Below are positions 57,959 to 64,000 of a stretch of 64,000 nt of DNA, piece by piece. The stretch spans positions 3,584,001 to 3,648,000 of the forward strand of contig OZ244070.1 of NCBI GenBank assembly GCA_965215605.1, read 5' to 3'. The notes beneath the pieces are model-generated. The model made no database searches. It was not told the origin of the DNA and worked only from the letters and a program-made list of their open reading frames with translations. The position numbers and the translations under genes were made by a program. Within the stretch, counting starts at the first letter, position 1. Every line of letters begins with the position of its first letter. The stretch is from an uncultured Candidatus Binatia bacterium. Its GTDB lineage: Bacteria > Desulfobacterota > Binatia > UBA9968 > JAJDTQ01.

Positions 57959-59332
57959 TCAATCCGGTGTCGGCAAAACCATGCGGCCGATGGGCTCGCC
58001 CACCGGCTCGCCGTCCTGCATCTGCACGTGGCCTCGCACGATGGCCATCACGGGCATGCCCTTGATCTTCCAGCCGTGCCACGGCGAGGGATTGTTCTTG
58101 CCGTGCAGCTTGTTGATGTCGATGGCGCCTTCCTTGTCCATGTCCACGATGGTCACGTCGCCGTCGGAGCCCACCCGGAGGGCTCCTTTCTGTGGGTAGA
58201 GTTGCCATACCTTTGCGGGGTTTTCTGAGGCCAACTTCACGTAATGGTTGAGACTCAGGCGACCCTTGTTGACCTCCGTCAGGATCAGCGAAGGGCCGGT
58301 TTCCACCCCGCAGAAGCCGGAGATGCAGTCCCAGATGGCGGGCTTCAGCATGTTGCCCTGGAGGTCGGCGCCCTTTTCCTCAAGGGTGTGGGGCGAGTGG
58401 TCGGTGGCGATCATGTCCACGTAGCCGTTGAGCAGGCCGTCCCACAGCGCCTCGCCGTGGTCCCGGGTGCGCACCGGCGGGTTCATCTTCAGCAACGGGC
58501 CGGCCTTCTCCATGTCCTTGGGTTCCCGCAGCAGGTAGTGGGGGCCGGTTTCGGCGGTGATGCGGAGCCCGCGGGCCTTGGCGTCCCGGACCATCCCGGC
58601 GGCCTGCTTGGAGCTCATGTGCAGCACGTGCATCTTGGTGCCGAAGGTCTCGGCGAAGAAGAGGGCGTGATGCACCGACTCCGCCTCGCAGATGGCCGGA
58701 CGGGTGGACTCCCAGTTCACCGGGGCGGTCTTGCCTTCCTCCTTGATGCGGTTCAGGTGGTGGTACATGATCTGGCGGTTCTCCGCGTGGATGCACAGTG
58801 GCAGGCGGGATTCGGTGATGTTCCGGAACACGTCCTGGCATACGCCGTCATCCGGGAAGGGCAGATTGCCGATGGTTTCGCCGAAGAATATCTTGTAGCC
58901 TACCGCTCCGGCCCGGGCCATGGGCAGGATCTGGTCGGCGTTGGTCTGCACCACCACGCCCAGCAGCGCGAAGTCCACCAGCGACTTGGCCTCGGCCAGT
59001 TCCTTCTTCTCATGCACCTGCTCGGGATGGGTCACCGGCGGGATGGTGTTGGGCATGTCCACCACGGAGGTGATGCCGCCGGCGATGGCCGCTCGGGAGC
59101 CGGTGGCGAAATCTTCCTTGTGGGTCATGCCGGGCTCGCGGAAATGGACGTGGCCGTCGATCAGCCCGGGCAGGACATGCTTCCCCTTGGCGTCGATCTC
59201 CCGGACGGCGTCCGGGAGCGAGTCGTTCGTGCCGATGGCCACGAACTTCCCGTCGTGAATGGCCACTCCGCCTTCGAAGGTGTTCTCGGGCGTCACCACG
59301 GTGCCATTCTTGATCACCAGATCTGCTTTCAT
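57959..59332 (-). CDS. Cyclic amidohydrolase (allantoinase/dihydroorotase/hydantoinase family)
   Basis: DGHVHFREPG, DMPNT, GYKIF, IHAE, LHMS, KMNPP, ATDHSPH. Confidence 0.9.
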   Translation of the reverse strand: MKADLVIKNGTVVTPENTFEGGVAIHDGKFVAIGTNDSLPDAVREIDAKGKHVLPGLIDGHVHFREPGMTHKEDFATGSRAAIAGGITSVVDMPNTIPPVTHPEQVHEKKELAEAKSLVDFALLGVVVQTNADQILPMARAGAVGYKIFFGETIGNLPFPDDGVCQDVFRNITESRLPLCIHAENRQIMYHHLNRIKEEGKTAPVNWESTRPAICEAESVHHALFFAETFGTKMHVLHMSSKQAAGMVRDAKARGLRITAETGPHYLLREPKDMEKAGPLLKMNPPVRTRDHGEALWDGLLNGYVDMIATDHSPHTLEEKGADLQGNMLKPAIWDCISGFCGVETGPSLILTEVNKGRLSLNHYVKLASENPAKVWQLYPQKGALRVGSDGDVTIVDMDKEGAIDINKLHGKNNPSPWHGWKIKGMPVMAIVRGHVQMQDGEPVGEPIGRMVLPTPD

Positions 59333-59593
59333 GGGTGCTCCCTTCAAGTCGGATGAGCGGATGTCCCGCGCTCGGCTTGCGGACAGGACTCCTTGGCGGG
59401 TGCGCGACCGTGTCGGCGCGACAGGTTGTTGTTAGGAAAAAACCCGCTCGAAATCAACCCTGGACCCCGCCGGTTTCAAGTTGAAATCCAGCCGCTTGTA
59501 TGCAATAGGTGGCTCAACCCGACGCCCGGTCGGTGCGGTGGGCGGGGGGTTCCTTCATCAATCAGCGCGACACTGGTCGCACGGAGGTTGCCG

Positions 59594-60742
59594 GTGGACG
59601 ACGACAGAGTCATGGTCGAGATCAATGACCTTGAGAAGTACTTCGGCGAGGGACCCGAAAGGGTCCACGTGCTCAAGGGGGTTTCGCTCCGTATCCCCGA
59701 GGGCTCGCTCTACACCTTCCTGGGTCCCAGCGGCTGCGGCAAGACCACGACCCTGCGCTGCGTCGCCGGGCTGGAGCGGCCCGAGAGCGGCGTCATCGAC
59801 ATCGACGAGAAATCGGTGTTCAACTCCGCCGGCGGGGCCTACGTACCGCCCAACCACCGGCCCATCGGCATGGTGTTCCAGTCCTACGCCATCTGGCCGC
59901 ACATGACGGTGGCGGAGAACGTCGGCTACCCGTTGACCATCCAGCGCCGTCCCAAGTCCGCGATCCGCACCCGGGTGGAGGACGTGCTGAAGATCGTCGG
60001 CCTGGGCGGGTTGGAAGATCGGCCGGCCCCCAAGCTTTCCGGCGGACAGCAGCAGCGGGTGGCCTTCGCCCGGGCCCTGATCAACGAGCCCAAGGTCATG
60101 CTGCTGGACGAGCCCCTCAGCAACCTCGACGCCAAGCTGCGGGAGCAGATGCGCTTCGAGATCAAGGCGCTCCAGCGGCGCGTCAACATCACCACCATCT
60201 ACGTCACTCACGATCAGGCCGAAGCCCTGGCCATCTCCGATCAGATTGCGGTCATGCACGGCGGCAAGCTCATCGAGGTGGGAGAGCCCCACCAGCTCTA
60301 TGCCAGGCCCAAGCGCAAGTTCACCGCCACGTTCCTGGGCCTGACCAACCTCATCAACGGCAAGGTCGCCGAGGTGGGCGCCAACTCCCATCCCAGCCGG
60401 CTGGACACCGAGTTCGGCATGCTGGAGTTCGTTCCCGCGGTGCCCATGGACAAGGGCGCCAGCGCGGCGATCTCGATCCGCCCGGAAAACATCACCGTGG
60501 GGGCGGAGGCGCCGGCGCGAAGCCAGAACGTGCTGCACGGGAAGCTCCACGATGCCGTCTTCATGGGCGACGCGTATCACTGCCAGGTCAAGGTCCGGGA
60601 GCAGTTGATCCGCGTGCACACCCATCCCTCCAACGCCGTACCCCTGGGAACCGACGTCTATCTGACTCTCGATCCCGACAACTGCAACGGGCTGCCCGCG
60701 GACGACACCGAGGGCATGGACGACACCATGCTGGGGGACTAG
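59594..60742 (+). CDS. ABC ATP-binding protein with TOBE domain (PotA/FbpC-like)
   Basis: GGAGG RBS before GTG; [43 protein letters not shown]. Confidence 0.9.
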   Translation: MDDDRVMVEINDLEKYFGEGPERVHVLKGVSLRIPEGSLYTFLGPSGCGKTTTLRCVAGLERPESGVIDIDEKSVFNSAGGAYVPPNHRPIGMVFQSYAIWPHMTVAENVGYPLTIQRRPKSAIRTRVEDVLKIVGLGGLEDRPAPKLSGGQQQRVAFARALINEPKVMLLDEPLSNLDAKLREQMRFEIKALQRRVNITTIYVTHDQAEALAISDQIAVMHGGKLIEVGEPHQLYARPKRKFTATFLGLTNLINGKVAEVGANSHPSRLDTEFGMLEFVPAVPMDKGASAAISIRPENITVGAEAPARSQNVLHGKLHDAVFMGDAYHCQVKVREQLIRVHTHPSNAVPLGTDVYLTLDPDNCNGLPADDTEGMDDTMLGD

Positions 60743-60844
60743 GGGACTGACGGCGGGTTGGCAATTTTCGACGCCGGCAGCTATAAACATCCAGATATCG
60801 CCCTGGAATGACGACAGAAAATTGAAGGAAGGAGCCAGTATTCT

Positions 60845-62332
60845 ATGGCCGCAGTAGAGGCAACCAGAATCGCCGAGAAAGAGCTCAGAGCCGAGGGCAC
60901 GCCCAGCTACACCGATTTGCGGGAGTGGCTGGAGATCGTGGAGGCATTCGGACAGTTGAAGAGGGTCGACGGGGTCGACTGGAACCTGGAGATGGGGACG
61001 CTCTCCGAGCTCATCGCCCAGGGGAGCAAGGGGCCGGTCCCCGCGGTGCTTTACGACAAGATCAAGGATTACCCCGAGGGTTTCCGGGTGCTGTTCGCCC
61101 AGAACGCGTCGTTCAAGCGCATGGCGCTGGCGCTGGGCCTGCCCCTCGACTACACCGATCTGGATCTGGTGCGGGCCACCCGCACGAAGATCTCGCAGCA
61201 CAATCCGATCCCGCACCGGGTGGTGGAAACCGGCCCGGTGATGGAGAACGTGCTCAAGGGCGAAGACATCAACCTGCTGAAGTTCCCGGTCCCCTTCATT
61301 CACGAGTTGGACGGCGGACGCTACGTCGGCACCGGCTGCCTGGTGGTCACCAAGGACCCGGACGAGGGCTGGGTCAATTTCGGCACCTACCGCGGCATGG
61401 TCCAGGACGAGAAGAGCATGAACGTGTACATCTCGCCTGGAAAACACGGCCGTATCCAGCGTGACAAGTGGTTCGACCGGGGCGAGAAGTGCCCGGTGAT
61501 CGTGTGCGTCGGCCAAGACCCGGTGCTGTTCATGGTGTCCGGCAACGAGGTGGACTACGGCGTGTCCGAGTACGACTACGCCGGCGGCCTCAAGGGGCAT
61601 CCCATCGACGTCATCAATGGCGAGGTCACGGGGCTGCCGTTCCCGGCTCACGCAGAGATCGTCATCGAAGGATTCATGGACCCCGACGAGCGGAAGACGG
61701 AAGGACCGTTCGGCGAGTGGACCGGCTACTACGCCAGCAACAGCCGCCCGGAGCCGTTGATCCGGGTCCAGCGCATCTACCACCGTAACGACCCGATCCT
61801 CACCGCGGCCCGGCCCGGACGTCCGCCTTCGGACTACTCCATCGCCAAGTGCATGGTGAAGGCCGCGCTCATCTGGGATCAGGTGGAGAAGGCCGGCGTG
61901 CCCGACGTCAAGGGCGTATGGTGCCACGAGGCCGGCGGCGGCCGTCTGCTGAACATCATCTCCATCAAGCAGCGTTATCCGGGTCACGCCCGTCAGGCCG
62001 GCATGGTGGCCTCGCAGGTCCACGCCGGCGCCTACCTCGGCCGCTACGTCATCGTGGTGGACGACGACATCGACCCCACCAAGACCTTCGACGTACTCTG
62101 GGCCCTGGCTACCCGTTCCGATCCCGTGGACTCCATCGATATCCTGCGGCGCTGCTGGAGCGGCCCGCTGGATCCGCGCATCGAGCCCGGCAAGAAGGGC
62201 TTCAACTCCCGCGCCATCATCGACGCCACCCGGCCCTTCGAGTGGATGAAGGATTTTCCGCCCGTGGCCGAGTCGACACCCGAGCTGAAGAAGCAGGTGT
62301 TCGACAAGTGGCGCCACGTCATCGAAGGATAG
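60845..62332 (+). CDS. UbiD-family prFMN (de)carboxylase (third copy)
   Basis: DGGRYVGT, YRGM, EIVIEG, EGPFGEWTGYY, VVDDDID..VLWALATR, IIDATRP. Confidence 0.92.
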   Translation: MAAVEATRIAEKELRAEGTPSYTDLREWLEIVEAFGQLKRVDGVDWNLEMGTLSELIAQGSKGPVPAVLYDKIKDYPEGFRVLFAQNASFKRMALALGLPLDYTDLDLVRATRTKISQHNPIPHRVVETGPVMENVLKGEDINLLKFPVPFIHELDGGRYVGTGCLVVTKDPDEGWVNFGTYRGMVQDEKSMNVYISPGKHGRIQRDKWFDRGEKCPVIVCVGQDPVLFMVSGNEVDYGVSEYDYAGGLKGHPIDVINGEVTGLPFPAHAEIVIEGFMDPDERKTEGPFGEWTGYYASNSRPEPLIRVQRIYHRNDPILTAARPGRPPSDYSIAKCMVKAALIWDQVEKAGVPDVKGVWCHEAGGGRLLNIISIKQRYPGHARQAGMVASQVHAGAYLGRYVIVVDDDIDPTKTFDVLWALATRSDPVDSIDILRRCWSGPLDPRIEPGKKGFNSRAIIDATRPFEWMKDFPPVAESTPELKKQVFDKWRHVIEG

Positions 62333-62356
62333 GGCTTCGTTCCGAGGCTATGACAC

Positions 62357-62395
62357 AAAGGGCCGGGGGCATCACGCTCCCGGCCCTTTTTCTTT
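62357..62395 (+). terminator. Rho-independent terminator
   Basis: AAAGGGCCGGG-loop-CCCGGCCCTTT followed by TTCTTT. Confidence 0.85.
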
Positions 62396-62525
62396 GGTCG
62401 AATTGCACCGAAAGGGTAAGCGCCGCTTTGATAGGGGTCTGTCGCAAATCCGGTTGACCTTGCTATAACGCATGATACAGAAATGGGTTTGTAGGAGCAG
62501 TAGCCACGGAACAACTGTGCCTGTC

Positions 62526-62696
62526 ATGACCAACGAAGTTCTTGATTTCGCTGCCCTGACCGTCGGTATCGCGATCCTGGCGTTCTTGTGGAATCTTCAC
62601 CGGGACGTCGCCAATCTACGCGAACGGATGGCACGCCTTGAGGGTCTGCTGGAAGGATTCACCCAGACTGGCAAGCCCCCACCGCCCCAACCGTGA
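62526..62696 (+). CDS. Small TM plus coiled-coil protein
   Basis: MTNEVLDFAALTVGIAILAFLWNLHRDVANLRERMARLEGLLEGF; start uncertain. Confidence 0.55.
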   Translation: MTNEVLDFAALTVGIAILAFLWNLHRDVANLRERMARLEGLLEGFTQTGKPPPPQP

Positions 62697-63143
62697 GTCA
62701 CACCCCCCGCATCGGGGATGCCCTTCCGGTCAGCGTCCGCCGTCACGCGATAGTGCGGAAACGCATGTAGATACAGAGCCTTACGGCTCACCCCGGCCCG
62801 CACCGCCAAGCGGCTTCCTCGAAAAACGCCGCCGCGATCGCTTCCTGATGCCACAGGGTATAGCGTCTGCCTGAATCATTTCGCCGCTGCCTGTCGAAAC
62901 CAGCAAACCAAGGGAGGAGAAATGGAACACAGCCCGGAATAGAAGCATCCTTCTGAGCCGCATATGATTGATCGGTCATAGTTGCACATTCCCTCAATTC
63001 GGCTCGGCTAGCCGTTCCTGGCAAGCCCTTGCGGGCTTGATGACCTCCTCTACCCCGGGAGACGAGAGCATCGTGGCAGGGATAGGCTTCGCAAGTATGC
63101 GGGAGTAGTCCGCCGCTCGCTTCCGCGAGCGTTCCCTGTCCAT

Positions 63144-63452
63144 TCATCGGCCCCATCCTTCGCGCGCCCCGTGTGCTTCCAGTGTCCGCACCACATCCTG
63201 AAAATGTTTGACGTTTCCTTCTGTCTTTTCCATCCCGAATCGGGCTGCTTCCAGAGGAGTTAATCTATCTCCGGCACTCGCGTTGACCTTCGCGCCAGCA
63301 GCGAGCAAGGCCTCGACCGTTGCCGTTTGGCCCATGGCTGCCGCAACGTGAAGGGGAGTCCACCCAATTTGGTCTTTGGCGTTCACGTCCGCGCCTGCTG
63401 TGAGCAAGGTCTTTACCGCCCGCACAAGCGGCATCATCAATCGTCGAATCAT
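63144..63452 (-). pseudogene. Ankyrin-repeat gene fragment (probably 5' truncated)
   Basis: LLTAGADVNAKDQIGWTPLHVAA..LLAAGAKVNA..TPL; upstream part of the ORF is not ankyrin-like. Confidence 0.7.
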
Positions 63453-63699
63453 CGCGTCACTCCACTGGTTCCAGATGAATCCGGTTCCCGACCGCATCGA
63501 CGGGCAATGCGTGTTGGAAGAATATGCATTGGCCCGAGGCCGTGGATCAAGGAGTCTCATTGAAGGCAGCTGCATCGAAGCATCCCGTCCCGGCAGAGAT
63601 TGTGCCGTCGGACACATGCCGCTCGGATTGCATATAGGCACCAGACCGACTGACGTTGGAAATAACGGAGCGCTGGTGCCGCCCCGAGCGCATCCACCC

Positions 63700-64000
63700 C
63701 GGGCCGGAAGGTCTGGATCGTGCAGGCCCGCATCGAGGGGCGGAGCCGCCGCATCGTCATCGCCCGCCACGGTGAAATCGACCTTGTGCAAGCGCGCCGC
63801 CGCGCACGCGACCTGCTCGCGCGCATTCGCGCGGGCGGGAACCCCGCCGACGACATCCAGCGGGAGAGGGAGACCCCGACCCTTCGGGAGTTCGCGGACG
63901 AGTATCTGCCGCCGCAGCGAAGTGCTCGATCTTCGCTGGCGGAACATCGGCAAGGATGCCTTGAACCTCGAAGACTCCAAGACCGGCCCGCGCGCGGTGC
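63700..64000 (+). pseudogene. Degenerate phage-type tyrosine integrase (internal deletion with frameshift; runs off the window)
   Basis: Arm-binding domain GRKVWIVQARIEGRSRRIV..ARRRARDLLARI..TLREFADEYL, then in another frame from 63907 CRRSEVLDLRW..LEDSKTGPRAV. Confidence 0.8.

Overview
High-GC, densely coding bacterial chromosome segment. The gene orders pheA-hisC-tyrA-aroA-cmk-rpsA-ihfB, mutS-amidase-glnD-xerD-S2P-trpS-scpAB-rluB and tRNA-Ser-ffs-dnaX-ybaB-recR suggest a deltaproteobacterium-like organism. It is possibly Binatia-like and host-associated, but that is inference only. Housekeeping blocks alternate with two catabolic regions. The first (716-18034) has a CoA transferase, an LLM oxidoreductase, a four-subunit NdhFSLM-like Mo hydroxylase, a maleate-isomerase-like protein, two PLP enzymes, tandem UbiDs, amidohydrolases and an OCD-family protein. 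The second (52892-62332) has a CobW fusion, a three-subunit Mo hydroxylase, a cyclic amidohydrolase, an orphan ABC ATPase and a third UbiD. The main finding, missed by the ORF track, is a peroxiredoxin at 41849-42307 with an in-frame TGA exactly at the peroxidatic Cys position (PLDFTGG-U), followed by a SECIS-like hairpin, so it is a probable selenoprotein. It lies next to ygfZ, a CysL-like LysR regulator and a PhnDCEE-type ABC importer. The importer promoter carries a four-box LysR operator (ATAG-N7-CTAT-N7-ATAG-N7-TGAT) over a TTGACA -35, making this a candidate selenium sensing/uptake/use module. Also present are an orphan HigA-like antitoxin coupled to mutS, REP-like palindromes, an SRP RNA with an extended stem, and a decayed ankyrin/integrase region at the right edge. 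All assignments come from reading motifs by eye; no searches were run.
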